A stretch of DNA of 64,000 nt from Candidatus Woesebacteria bacterium (GCA_050123235.1 JASFHL010000003.1:50077-114076), one strand, 5' to 3'. Positions 37,605 through 48,123 are shown, counted from the stretch's first letter. The notes: generated by a model from the letters alone, not told the origin. Program-made: numbers and translations.

Positions 37605-40600
37605 TTGCGGCCAATAAATAATCAGCAGTTCTAATTCTTCACCCTGAGGCAAAATCCAAGCATTGGCCCAACCGTTATATTGCCAATGTGCTAAAGTCTT
37701 CCATAACTTTGGTTTAATAAAAGCTATCCAGCCTCTATCAAAAGCCTGCGGTAAGACTAATAGGCCTTGCTCACTAGATACCTTTATTTTAGCAGCATAA
37801 AAACTAGTACCCCATTTTTTCTGGCTAATTAATTCTGTATCAAAGTTAAGCTTGCTTTGCTCATCTTGGGAATAAATAGAACTTAACCAGGAAAGTGGCG
37901 CAGTGATAAACTCTGAGCGCTCTACTTGAATAATATTTTCTTCTTTACCATAACTCTCAGCACTTAAATTGAGCAAAAAGAAGCCTTTTTTTGCTGAATT
38001 ATTCTTAGAAGGATAAACTGGAAAAAATAAGTTAAAAGCACCATCAGGAGTCATAGCTTCTATATCAGCCCTTTTGGTGAGTGGATTAATCAAAGATAGG
38101 CTAAGACCAACACCTTGACTATTTTCCCCTTTCAAGTGGTATAAATACTCCAATTCAAAATCTAGGCTCGGGTAAATTAAATTCTCGCATAAAATAGCCT
38201 GGTCTTTAGCCCAATATTCAATTCCATTAGCTAAAACCTTTTTCTTTACCTCTCCCTTTTCTTCAAAAGCGCAATTTTTGGCTGCTAGCTCGCGCCCTGT
38301 TTCTTCTTGCCAAGATTTATCAACAACAAAGGCTTTATTTTGACCATAAGGAATAGCTATTGCTAATTCATTATTTTGTTCAAGATCCAAATTTTGCAAT
38401 TTTTGATCAAAGTTTGCTAACTTTTGCTGGATATCTAATTTAAACTCATCTACTAAAGCAAAGTAAAAAACTAAGACATCATCATATTCAATTGATTGAG
38501 GCGTGTCTTTTTCAGTATTTTTGCTTTTGAGATAAACTTCATAATTTTTGCTCAAGTCAATAGCTGCAAATTCTGATACAGACTGCCATTGCTCGCTAGG
38601 TAAAATATAATTTGTATTTTTTGAATTTTCACATTCTTTGCTTGAATCTAATTGATGGATACAAATCTGTGGATACAAATCATCATCTGTTCTGAAACGG
38701 CTAGTGACTGCTACCAAATACTGCCCCTGTCTGTAAGGAAAGCCACCACTGGCTAAGTTGAATTTGACACAAGCATCAGCATTAAATGATGCCAGATGAA
38801 TAGAATCTGCTTTTTTACTAACACTGTGTGTCCTTGTCCAATTTGTCCAACAAGAATCAAGTTCTTTTTCTTTTAAGAACTCAGTAAAATCCTCGCCAGC
38901 AACACTGCTGGTTTGGAAAACTTTTAATTTAGCTTCTTCTTTACTTGATAAAGAAAAACGTCTAATTATTTTTTCTTTCTCTGACAACTCATTAAGATCC
39001 AAATGGATGATATTTTCACCAATTGAAATCAATAATTCCTCTTGACCATTAATTTTTAAGGTCACTGTTTCACTGCTACTAATATTTAAAAGTTCTCGAT
39101 TGCCTTGATAAAGTTGTGGCAATTGTAAGTCAATAGTTAATTCTAAATTATTGTTTTCTTGGCTGGCTAATAAAGCAGCTGGTATTTTAGAAGTTTTACT
39201 TGAAAAAGTAGGGAAAGTTAAAGCTTGCTTTGTTTTTAACTTCAAAGGGATTAATAAGGCACTATCTTTGACTTCAAAGTCAGCCACTGATAACTCTTCT
39301 TTTTGTAAAGCAGAAAATAGATAAGTAATCCCCTGAACTGACTTTTGTAAATAAGGGCCGTGGTCTAGATAAGCTTGATCTTTGCTGGTGTAATCCACAT
39401 GGTAATTCACATCTACTAAAATTACTTCTTTTGGGGTCTCTAAAGATAAATTTTTGCCTTGATTATCAATGCTGTAAAGCTCTAAATTCTTGAATGATTG
39501 CTCTTTTCTAATCGTTGGCAGTTGCTCAAAAAAATCATCAGTCTCTTGAGCAAATCTAGCCTCTACATAACTACCGGGATTAAAAACTGAGCGGTCTAAT
39601 AAAATTAAGTTTGTATGATATTTTTCAAAAGTTTTCTGAAAAGCTGCTTCATCTAGGCTATATAAGGCCCTATTCATTTGCAGAAATGCAGTTTCGTTCT
39701 TTTTACTCCAAGGATCAAAAGAACGATGATGCATTGCTTGAGGAATTGCTTGCCAATCAAAACCAGAACCACGATAACCCCAATCATTAGTATTAGTTAG
39801 CCAACCCCAAAAAGAATGAATTGGAAAACTAGCAATGCGCGATTGCTGGTAATTTTTATCTAAAAATGAAAAAAGCTCAAAGTAATTCGCTGGTACTTTT
39901 ACTCTCAGCAATGGATAAAAAAACAAACCTTTAAAAGCAGGTGAGGCTAAAAATAAGATTAAAATAACAGCTGGTATCAAAAATATACTTGCCAAAAAGG
40001 AATAAAACTTAGATTGGGAAAAAGTTCTTATCAAGAATAAAGTTGTCACTGAAATTAAAATGCTGACTATCAAAGCATAGAGCAAAGCAAACTTGGTAAA
40101 AGTAAAACGAAAAATCTGAGCAAAAAAGGGCACAGTATTTCTCAGAAAAGATGAAATTGAGCCAATAATTGGAATATTTGTCCCTAGCATTAATAAAGCT
40201 AAAGCCCAAATGACTATTAAGGATAAGGGCAAGGCTTTATTCTTTTTCTTAATCAGTGAATAAGAAAGAATAACAATTCCCAATAAAGATAAGACTGTAA
40301 AAAAAATAGCTATTAATTGGTAAGGGCTAGATTGATAAAACTCAAGCCATTCTTTCATAATTGGCCTGAATTGTTTTTCTTCTGGATGCCAATCATAAAA
40401 ACCAAGATGCATACCGCCAAATTTGGCTATTGAAGCTAGATCACCCCAGCGATGACTGCGGTAAAAAATACCTTCAGTAGAAAAGCGATTTTGTTTGGCA
40501 TTGGTGATTTCAGCTGATTTACTTAAGGCTGAATAAACATAAGGTAAGCCCCAAAAAGAATGTACTAGAATTAAAGTCAAGCCTGCAATCAGAACTCTCT

Positions 40601-41357
40601 TGAGTTTATCTTTATTAAGTTTAGAAAAAAGATTAAAAAATAAAATAATAGCCATTACCAATGCATAAGGAATGAAAATAGTGGGCACATGAGCTTGAGA
40701 AACTCCTAATAAATTGAGTAAAATCAAAAAAAAGAGTGCGGAATAGTTTCCCAGACGCAAATAACGCCGTAAAGCCCATATTCCCCAAGGAAAAACTGCA
40801 AAGTGAATCACAAACAACTCAAAAGCCAAGTGATACATTTGGATAGTCATTAGATTGAATTGATAAAATAAAGCGCCAATCAAAGCAGTGCCCATCAACA
40901 ATCGTTGAATTTTTTGATATTTACTATTGCTATGCAGACGATTAGCGATCTTAGTCGAGCTCGCACGCAGGTCTTTTTTCTTTTGAAGACTTAAAACAGC
41001 AGGTAAGATATCTCTATATAAAAGCAAATACATGCCTATCCCACCCAAAAGGTGAGTCAAAACAATAAAAATGTAGCGAAGACTGTTATTGGGAAAAATA
41101 AGAGACAATAAAAAAATATAAAGCCAATGCACTATGTTAGCGCTATGAGCTTGTCCATCAAGCGAGCCGAGACCGCGATATTCTTGCCATAAACTAAAAA
41201 TAATTCGTTTAAGGTTGAGTGAAAAATTAAATTCTGGGGTGGTCACATCCCAACCCAGCAGATACGTCTCCACACCATAATTGCTCAAAAACAAAAGCAA
41301 AGATAATATTGATAAAATTAAAATCGGCAGCAGATGAAATAGCTTTTTTGCTTTCAC
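37515..41357 (-). CDS. 1280-aa polytopic membrane protein with large extracytoplasmic C-terminal domain (possible YfhO/GT-C-like)
   Basis: N-terminal ~20 TM helices then ~650-aa soluble region then C-terminal TM; 90-nt convergent overlap with 36663..37604. Confidence 0.55.
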   Translation of the reverse strand: MKAKKLFHLLPILILSILSLLLFLSNYGVETYLLGWDVTTPEFNFSLNLKRIIFSLWQEYRGLGSLDGQAHSANIVHWLYIFLLSLIFPNNSLRYIFIVLTHLLGGIGMYLLLYRDILPAVLSLQKKKDLRASSTKIANRLHSNSKYQKIQRLLMGTALIGALFYQFNLMTIQMYHLAFELFVIHFAVFPWGIWALRRYLRLGNYSALFFLILLNLLGVSQAHVPTIFIPYALVMAIILFFNLFSKLNKDKLKRVLIAGLTLILVHSFWGLPYVYSALSKSAEITNAKQNRFSTEGIFYRSHRWGDLASIAKFGGMHLGFYDWHPEEKQFRPIMKEWLEFYQSSPYQLIAIFFTVLSLLGIVILSYSLIKKKNKALPLSLIVIWALALLMLGTNIPIIGSISSFLRNTVPFFAQIFRFTFTKFALLYALIVSILISVTTLFLIRTFSQSKFYSFLASIFLIPAVILILFLASPAFKGLFFYPLLRVKVPANYFELFSFLDKNYQQSRIASFPIHSFWGWLTNTNDWGYRGSGFDWQAIPQAMHHRSFDPWSKKNETAFLQMNRALYSLDEAAFQKTFEKYHTNLILLDRSVFNPGSYVEARFAQETDDFFEQLPTIRKEQSFKNLELYSIDNQGKNLSLETPKEVILVDVNYHVDYTSKDQAYLDHGPYLQKSVQGITYLFSALQKEELSVADFEVKDSALLIPLKLKTKQALTFPTFSSKTSKIPAALLASQENNNLELTIDLQLPQLYQGNRELLNISSSETVTLKINGQEELLISIGENIIHLDLNELSEKEKIIRRFSLSSKEEAKLKVFQTSSVAGEDFTEFLKEKELDSCWTNWTRTHSVSKKADSIHLASFNADACVKFNLASGGFPYRQGQYLVAVTSRFRTDDDLYPQICIHQLDSSKECENSKNTNYILPSEQWQSVSEFAAIDLSKNYEVYLKSKNTEKDTPQSIEYDDVLVFYFALVDEFKLDIQQKLANFDQKLQNLDLEQNNELAIAIPYGQNKAFVVDKSWQEETGRELAAKNCAFEEKGEVKKKVLANGIEYWAKDQAILCENLIYPSLDFELEYLYHLKGENSQGVGLSLSLINPLTKRADIEAMTPDGAFNLFFPVYPSKNNSAKKGFFLLNLSAESYGKEENIIQVERSEFITAPLSWLSSIYSQDEQSKLNFDTELISQKKWGTSFYAAKIKVSSEQGLLVLPQAFDRGWIAFIKPKLWKTLAHWQYNGWANAWILPQGEELELLIIYWPQLLNFLGYLLLAGLLIVGATKLFFTYFKKQ

Positions 41358-41384
41358 TCTACTATCATATAATATTTCGTGAAA

Positions 41385-42290
41385 CTAAGACACAGTCGTG
41401 GCAAGCTGCTTCCAACTCCCTTTAAATCGAGCTATAAAAGGAAAAGCTAAATCAAATGGCTTCATGCCTTTCAATACTAAATAAGTGCCAATAGAAAGCC
41501 ATTCTGGCAAAAACAAAATATAAGCGCTTTGCATTAACATTAAAATCAGCATTTTGATGTTCACAGGATAGCCCAAGTCGCGAATTGCATAATATCTTAC
41601 CCTCAAGCTATTAATAAATTTAGCTCGCACATTTTTCATTGAGTTATTGTTACTATGCAAACGATAATAAATTAGCTTTTCTGGTAAATTAGCAAATTTA
41701 CCATTCATCAATAAAGTAAAAAGGGTCATATAATCATCAGCTGAACTGAGTTGATCAGTCCACAACTTTTTTTGATCTGGCAATAAAGATCTCCTCACCA
41801 TAATACTAGGATGCAAAATAGGATGGAAATTACCATATTCTTTGTAAATAGTCTCATGATCTAAAGGAAAAAGTTTATGGCCTACCACTTGCTTATTTTC
41901 GTCAATAATATGACCTTGAGTAGCTACCAAAATATGATCAGGGTTATGATCAAGAAAATAAACTTGTTTAGCAAACCTATCTGGATGAGCAATATCATCT
42001 TGGTCCATCCTAGCAATATACTTTGCTTGAGCTGCTTTGAAACCCACATTAGCTGAAGCTGATTCACCTAGATTCTGCTTATTATTAAGTAATTTAATTC
42101 TTTTATCCTTTTTAAGAAAACTTTTGATGATCTTTTCAGAATTATCGGTACTGGCATCATTGACAATAATCAACTCAAAATCTTTAAAAGACTGTTTTAA
42201 AATACTTTCAATTGCTTCAGCCAAAAAACGAGCGCCATTAAAAACGGGCATGATTACTGAAATAGTAGTTTTTTTTCTATTTTTAGACAT
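41385..42290 (-). CDS. glycosyltransferase family 2
   Basis: ISVIMPVFNGARFL...IIVNDASTDNS. Confidence 0.8.
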   Translation of the reverse strand: MSKNRKKTTISVIMPVFNGARFLAEAIESILKQSFKDFELIIVNDASTDNSEKIIKSFLKKDKRIKLLNNKQNLGESASANVGFKAAQAKYIARMDQDDIAHPDRFAKQVYFLDHNPDHILVATQGHIIDENKQVVGHKLFPLDHETIYKEYGNFHPILHPSIMVRRSLLPDQKKLWTDQLSSADDYMTLFTLLMNGKFANLPEKLIYYRLHSNNNSMKNVRAKFINSLRVRYYAIRDLGYPVNIKMLILMLMQSAYILFLPEWLSIGTYLVLKGMKPFDLAFPFIARFKGSWKQLATTVS

Positions 42291-42305
42291 ATTTTTATTA
42301 AGGAA

Positions 42306-42334
42306 ATTATATCAAGAAAAGTCTTTTTTGTCAA
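42306..42334 (-). promoter_or_regulatory. promoter TTGACA-17-TATAAT (minus) with conserved TATCCTATAG upstream element; short leader
   Basis: revcomp of 42306..42346 gives tatcctatagttttgaca-N17-tataat. Confidence 0.45.
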
Positions 42335-42423
42335 AACTATAGGATATTATTATCTCAAGTACAACTCTTAAAATATAAAAAAATTGAAATTTAGCCAAAA
42401 AAAAGGTTATGATGAATTAAATA

Positions 42424-43926
42424 ATGATTTTTACCAGTAACAGGCGAAATCTAACAATTATGAAAAAAATAACTAAAAACTTTAAACAAAATCTGGGCTT
42501 AATAATTATCCTCACTTTTAGTCTAGCAGTAGGCTTATATCAATTACAAAAACCCATGATTGCCAATTCTGATGCATACATGCATTCCTTAGTAGCTTAC
42601 CGATCATATTTTTATGACCCTCATTATGTCTGGCTTCCTGGCTATAATTATCTAATACATAGCTTGGTTTTAATTTTGCCTCAAAGCTTGAGATTTCTTA
42701 AAATAATTAGGGTTTTTTCCTTAATCTTTTCACTGCTGACTATTATCTTCTCCTATTTACTTGCCAAGAGAATTTTCAAAAAAAACAGCATTGCCAATAT
42801 TACTGCCTTACTCGTAGCTAGTTTACCTATGTTTGTCTTTATGTTTACCCAAAGCTTCCAAGAGGTCGTTTTTATACCTCTGTTCTTGGCTGCTATTTAT
42901 TTTTTAATGGCCAAAAAATCTCCTTTTTTGTCATTGACTTTAAGTCTCTTGCTATTAAATTTAGCTCATAGTATCCGCTATGAAAGCTGGTTTGTTTTAC
43001 CATTATTGTGGCTATATCTTATCTTGAAAAAAAATATCTCTAAAAAATTGAAAATTTATTTTGTGCTGGCTTCTCTAGTTGTGCCTATTGTAATGTCATT
43101 AGTTTTTTATAAATACAATCATAGCCTTTTATTTTTACAAGAATTCCGACAGAAACAACAACAAGGCTATGAAGAAATATTAGGGCCAATTTCTAGTAAA
43201 GGCAATTTAAGTCAAAGCATGATTAAGTTTTCAGAATTCTACACTAGCGTTTTTGATTTAGCATATATTGCTCTAGCTATCTTGAGCTTTCTATTAATAG
43301 CCAAAAGAAACAAAAAAACTTATTTACTCTTTTTTCTCCCTTTACTGCTTTTAGCTCTACAGTTCTGGTCTTTTTTTAATGGATCTAATGTTGATCCTCA
43401 TGACAGGTATTTTCTGATTCCTGCTATCATCCAAATGCCATTTGTAGCCTTGGTGCTAAATAAAATTATCAAAGCAAAACCCTTTTTCTCTAAAGCATCA
43501 ATTCTCAATTTCTTAATCCTCTTGCCATTATCGACCCTTGTCTACGTTAACCAATATCAAAAAAGCAAAGTTAAACATTATCAGCATGAATTAATTGGTA
43601 TTCGAGATAATATTGAACAATTAATAGTAGTAGGTAAAGGTGTACAAGAGCATGTAATTAATGAAAGTTACTATGCTTTTTTTCCTGTAGATCAAAATAA
43701 TTACCATGTAGGCAAGGCTATTGAATACTTCTCTGATAGAGTACAAATCCCCATGCCTCGTGAGCAATTAAATCCAGATGATGTTTTTGCTAAAGGAGTG
43801 AACATTGCTGTGCTTGAAACTGAAGGAGAGATTGAAGCTGATTATTTAAATTCTTTGCAAATGGAGATGGATTTACTCGATCAAAACATTGGACAAAGAT
43901 CATACTACACTTTTATTATGAAGTGA
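42424..43926 (+). CDS. GT-C fold glycosyltransferase (ArnT/PMT_2-like)
   Basis: polytopic; first-loop acidic motif NSDAYMHSLVAYR; true start may be MKKITKN at 42460. Confidence 0.55.
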   Translation: MIFTSNRRNLTIMKKITKNFKQNLGLIIILTFSLAVGLYQLQKPMIANSDAYMHSLVAYRSYFYDPHYVWLPGYNYLIHSLVLILPQSLRFLKIIRVFSLIFSLLTIIFSYLLAKRIFKKNSIANITALLVASLPMFVFMFTQSFQEVVFIPLFLAAIYFLMAKKSPFLSLTLSLLLLNLAHSIRYESWFVLPLLWLYLILKKNISKKLKIYFVLASLVVPIVMSLVFYKYNHSLLFLQEFRQKQQQGYEEILGPISSKGNLSQSMIKFSEFYTSVFDLAYIALAILSFLLIAKRNKKTYLLFFLPLLLLALQFWSFFNGSNVDPHDRYFLIPAIIQMPFVALVLNKIIKAKPFFSKASILNFLILLPLSTLVYVNQYQKSKVKHYQHELIGIRDNIEQLIVVGKGVQEHVINESYYAFFPVDQNNYHVGKAIEYFSDRVQIPMPREQLNPDDVFAKGVNIAVLETEGEIEADYLNSLQMEMDLLDQNIGQRSYYTFIMK

Positions 43927-43933
43927 TAAAAAA

Positions 43934-43959
43934 ACACCCTCAAAGGAGAGTGTTTTTTA
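43934..43959 (+). terminator. rho-independent terminator (acaccctc-aaag-gagagtgt + TTTTTT)
   Basis: seen in sequence after GT-C gene stop; A-run upstream. Confidence 0.45.
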
Positions 43960-44013
43960 CTTGTGTTTATCTAGACTACATAATCTAGACTTAACTAATT
44001 TAATAATTTCTAA

Positions 44014-44298
44014 TTATTGAATTAGTTCATAACCATTATTTCTGACACATTGCTCATAGATAGTGCCATTAGGCATTTCTGAGGTAGTGACAGTGTCTTT
44101 CTTCTCATCGATAGTTTCGATGGTCACTTTACTAGCCATAGCACAATCTTTAATAGCTCTGCTTTTAAGATCTTTTTCTTTGAAAGCTAAAACGCTTTGC
44201 ACAGAAAGATAAAGAACCAGAGCCAAAACCATGGCACTCAAAAGCATAAATACTGGACGCATAACTAGGCCCAGCTCTTTAAGGTTAGGCTTTTGCAT
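44014..44298 (-). CDS. small membrane-anchored hypothetical protein
   Basis: single N-terminal TM. Confidence 0.35.
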   Translation of the reverse strand: MQKPNLKELGLVMRPVFMLLSAMVLALVLYLSVQSVLAFKEKDLKSRAIKDCAMASKVTIETIDEKKDTVTTSEMPNGTIYEQCVRNNGYELIQ

Positions 44299-44417
44299 AG
44301 ACTTTCCTTTCTTTTTAAAATTTAGCTAGCTAACTAATAATGAAAAATGTTTAGCTAAATTTTATTTTTTAATTAATAACAAACTTGAGGCAGCAATCTG
44401 GTGATTAATGACTAAAG

Positions 44418-44452
44418 TTTGTGCCCCTCGTCCTCCAGGTGAGGGGCACAAA
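44418..44452 (-). terminator. hairpin tttgtgcccctc/gaggggcacaaa (12-bp stem) downstream of lipoprotein gene
   Basis: seen in sequence. Confidence 0.4.
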
Positions 44453-44575
44453 GCACACGAAAGCGAAATTGGCAGCTGGTCAAGCGCGCTGGGTGGAGCC
44501 CGGGGTGTCGCTCGTGGTGCAGACGATGCGCGCACCACTTGGGACGATGCTAGTAGGGTGGGCATGAAGCCCTCC

Positions 44576-45715
44576 CTACTGAATCATACCTGAGTAGGTG
44601 GGCAGCTCGAGCAGAGCCTGCTGCGGGATGTCAAGCAGGGTGACGCTGACCCAACCAATTCTCTTGTCGGGCGCATCATACAGGAGTACGCGCGCGCCGT
44701 TATCCGAGAGCTGGACGGGGTATACACCGATAAGGCTCCCATTGAACAATCCAGTAGGTTGGCTGGATTCGGGAGTTCTATAGGTGACAGCGCCGCGCTT
44801 ACCACCTTCCACCCAATCCACCGCGTACAAAAAGCCCTGCCAGCGGAATGAGAACCCGCCGGCCGCGCCGCCCACGTTGTCTACGCGAGCGCAGGCAGCA
44901 TTGGGCCCTGTAACGAGCATAAAGCTCCCGTTCGCAAAAGAACCAGCAAACTCACCCAACGACAGCGGCCCCTCGCAGTCAAGGTCATATGAGACCTTAC
45001 TGCTCAAGAAAAGCCCCGAATAAAACGTCCCCTGCACGACTTCCGGGTAGGTATGTTTAGGATCCGGATATGTCTGATCCGGCCCCCAGAACATTACTGA
45101 CACTGAGTGGGCCGCCTTCGTGCTGGGGTCGCCCGGGGTGTCTGGCGCGAGATCTGGCTGAAAACAAAAGCCGTACTCATCGCACTCGACATTGAACCTG
45201 TCGTCACGCACGCCGCCCGACCAACCGGAAAAGGCAAAGGGCTCCAGCCCCGCCTCTCCCCGTCCCTCGTCCGAGTACGGAAAGGGGCGGTCGTTCCCCC
45301 AGTACGCTTCGCGGGAGGGCAGAGCGGCGGTGGCGTCGGCGTCTGCCTCGGGCGCAGGGTTGTCGGCGAGTTGGGGGGTGGCGGTCGGTGTGGGCGTGTC
45401 AGCGGGCCTGGCCGACTGCGCAGTCGCCGCCAGCTCCATGCCCGACAGCGCCCCCTCGGGCCCGCCACCGTCACCCAAAAACGCCTGTTGCGTGGCTAAC
45501 TCGGCCGACAACTCCTCCACCCGCCCAGCAGCCACCACGCGCGTGGCGACCATCTCGGCCGTGGCCGTGGCCTCAGCCCGGGCAACCTCGTCGGTTGCCC
45601 TGACCTGGGCCGTAGCCAGCTCGTCACCAGCCGGCAGCGAGTTCGAGTCTTTGTTACAGCCACTGGCCACCAGCAGCAGCAGCCCAAACAACACCAAAAA
45701 AAACTTCTTATCCAT
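44576..45715 (-). CDS. lipoprotein (signal peptide + lipobox LVASGC), Ala/Thr-rich linker, unknown C-terminal domain; high-GC codon usage
   Basis: MDKKFFLVLFGLLLLVASGC; strong SD; overlapping plus-strand ORFs 45107/45192 are GC-rich artefacts. Confidence 0.65.
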   Translation of the reverse strand: MDKKFFLVLFGLLLLVASGCNKDSNSLPAGDELATAQVRATDEVARAEATATAEMVATRVVAAGRVEELSAELATQQAFLGDGGGPEGALSGMELAATAQSARPADTPTPTATPQLADNPAPEADADATAALPSREAYWGNDRPFPYSDEGRGEAGLEPFAFSGWSGGVRDDRFNVECDEYGFCFQPDLAPDTPGDPSTKAAHSVSVMFWGPDQTYPDPKHTYPEVVQGTFYSGLFLSSKVSYDLDCEGPLSLGEFAGSFANGSFMLVTGPNAACARVDNVGGAAGGFSFRWQGFLYAVDWVEGGKRGAVTYRTPESSQPTGLFNGSLIGVYPVQLSDNGARVLLYDAPDKRIGWVSVTLLDIPQQALLELPTYSGMIQ

Positions 45716-46891
45716 GATGTACTACCTCCTTATGTCTGTGGCACATCCCCCTCATGGAACGCGGCCCCTTAGGCTTTCGGCTTGGGGTCCGCTTCAGGGA
45801 GTGCCTGGGTTTGGGCCGGCCAGCGGCGCGATCCTCGTCGCGCTCCGCATTGCCAGCCCTATTCAAAGAAATAAAGTGGGTCGCACGGCTCGACGACCCC
45901 CGTCCGTAACGCGTGCCCCGCAGACCGCGCTGCCGGGGGGACTTAGCCGTTCGGCTCAGAGGGTCGCACCGCGCGCAACCATGAGCAAGTCCAGTCTAAA
46001 GAAAACTCATTTTCTTCACACTGGACTTGCCCAGTTTCATTTATCTATTTTTTTTAATTAGGAGGTTGTTTTTTCCACCATTTCTAAAACCCCAATTTAC
46101 TAATTTAATTTCGCCAATTTATGAAATCCATAACTGCAACTAATTTCTAATCACAAAATTATAGATTTAATTTAATACTTGTGTGCTTTGTTAAAGAGCT
46201 GTTTTAACTATCAATAAAAATTATTTTTAGTAAAACTACCCTGCTAAAAAAAATTTCTCTCCCGCCAAAAAGCTCGTCATTGAGCCTCAGGCAAGTAAGC
46301 AGACATTTTCAAAATAAAAATGCCTAAGATTAATCTTCAGCGTAATTTTTATTTAAAAAAAATAAAAACATCACTAAAGACTAATTTTTAGCAGCTACCA
46401 GATCAAATTATAACACTTTTTTATTACTTCTGTCAATGTTATAGGACTTTTGAAAATTACACTTTATGTAATCTTTCTCATCTAAAATAATAAGTATGAA
46501 ATTAAATCAAGCTCAAAATAAATTAATGGCTAAGCTTCATATTGATCTCGCTAAAAATTTCGCTGTCACAGTATTAATTAATGAAACTAATAAAATAAAC
46601 AATACCCTAAATAAGACAATATTTATTATGACTTGTGGTATAATATTTTTATCTTTAATTCTATTATCATTAGATTATTTAAAGAAGGTAAAATGAATTT
46701 TAATTTAGAAGCAATTTATGAAGGGGTTTATTCTTTTCAATTGTTGATAGTTCTTACAGGAATTTTTGGAGCATTAGTTTTGATCTCTCACAGGATGGGT
46801 AGCAAAGACAAAAAAGATAAAAAATAATCTTAATCTTATCTAAAGATTATCTTTTTTTATGTTGAGGATTGAAACATCTAAATATTTAATA

Positions 46892-47053
46892 AACAACTTA
46901 CTACAAATAAATATTAGAGTGTTGAAGCGAGGTCTGGCCAGGATCGAACTAGCAATCAATTTACTGCCGAGCTTCACTGAGTGAGCCTTGTATCTTAAAA
47001 ACAAATAAAATGCTGTAGCGAACGACTCTAATATTTATTTGTAGTAAGTTGTT
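46892..47053. repeat. family-1 palindrome-embedded element, copy 2
   Basis: 104-nt core flanked by 29-bp perfect IR aacaacttactacaaataaatattagagt (46892-46920 / 47025-47053). Confidence 0.65.
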
Positions 47054-47082
47054 GAATATATAAATTATAATATTTTTTTTAA

Positions 47083-48123
47083 TCACTCAGCATAAAAATC
47101 AAGATATATCTCTACCACTTGTTCCCAGCTTTGTTTTTTAGCCAAGTTATAAACTTTTTTAAGAAACTGTTCTTTTTTTTGACTATTTTTTTGATAATCT
47201 TTGATTTGATCAGCTAATTTTTCAGGTGAACTATCAATCAGAAGATAATCTTTAAATAAGCTCATCTTAAGGTAATCTTCCCTCAAGTGATTATCATAAG
47301 CAGCCACTACTAGACATTGATGTATCATGCCTTCTAACATAGAAAGATAACCTCCAGCAAAACATATTTCTGCCTTTTTTAGGTAGCTTCGATAATCTTT
47401 GGCTAGCAGAAAACCATGTACTTTACCATATTTTTTACATTCTGTTCTCAAAGGCCCATCACCACAGAAATTAACTCGATAGTCTGGTAATAGGGCTAAA
47501 GTTGCTAGCAAAACATCTAGTCCATTATCTTGGTCTAAGCGCCCCAGATAGACTATAGATTTTGCTTTTTTTCTGCTAGCGGTCACCCCTAAATGCCTCA
47601 CGCCGCCATAAAGCAGAGCATCAGCTTTCACTGCATAATATTTCTCAATATAGCTACCAACACAAATTACCTTATCTGCTAATTTAGCTGCCAGCCGTTT
47701 ATACAAAATATTTTTTTTAGGAATAGGGAAACTGCCTTCCCAGCCATGCATGGTGAGCACTATTTTTTGTTTTGGCCAAAGATGTATTAAAGATAATAAT
47801 TTAAATGGCCAGAACCAGATTGAAACATCATGGATATGGATTAGTTTAATTTTAAATAACTCTTTAGAAATAAATAATTTAAATAATTGCCACCAGATAA
47901 CCAGCAAGCCCAAAAATTTAATTTGAGGATAGCTAAAACGAATTATTCTTATGCCATCAATTTCCTCTTCATCTTTTAAATCAGTTTTATGTTTGGGGCT
48001 TAGGACTACAATTTGATAGCCTTTTTGAGCTAAAATTTGATTAGTTTCTCTGAGGTGAGTTTCTACCCCACCTAAACTAGGATGATAAGCAGGAGCTAAA
48101 ATTAAGAGTTGTTTTTTTTTCAT
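47083..48123 (-). CDS. glycosyltransferase family 1 (GT4-like)
   Basis: N-terminal LILAPAYHPSLGGVETH, C-terminal GT-B fold pattern. Confidence 0.75.
   Translation of the reverse strand: MKKKQLLILAPAYHPSLGGVETHLRETNQILAQKGYQIVVLSPKHKTDLKDEEEIDGIRIIRFSYPQIKFLGLLVIWWQLFKLFISKELFKIKLIHIHDVSIWFWPFKLLSLIHLWPKQKIVLTMHGWEGSFPIPKKNILYKRLAAKLADKVICVGSYIEKYYAVKADALLYGGVRHLGVTASRKKAKSIVYLGRLDQDNGLDVLLATLALLPDYRVNFCGDGPLRTECKKYGKVHGFLLAKDYRSYLKKAEICFAGGYLSMLEGMIHQCLVVAAYDNHLREDYLKMSLFKDYLLIDSSPEKLADQIKDYQKNSQKKEQFLKKVYNLAKKQSWEQVVEIYLDFYAE

Larger units (their letters stand above)
44400..46040. other. high-GC segment 2 inside AT-rich genome
   Basis: abrupt compositional shift; one lipoprotein gene with AAGGAGGT SD. 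Confidence 0.65.

Noticed and set aside
45094-46061. ORFs 45094..45474(-), 45107..45499(+), 45192..46061(+), 45388..45603(+), 45496..45687(-), 44362..44565(-), 44408..44593(+), 44584..44805(-), 44598..44783(+), 44784..45023(+) in high-GC segment 2
   Set aside because: Same GC artefact. The lipoprotein ORF 44576..45715 has lipobox, strong SD and terminator. The overlapping frames are low-complexity Pro/Arg/Ala runs.
46496-46827. Two overlapping small plus-strand ORFs (66 and 64 aa)
   Set aside because: No RBS or motifs. The internal-Met 44-aa hydrophobic peptide could be real but cannot be supported. Left unannotated.
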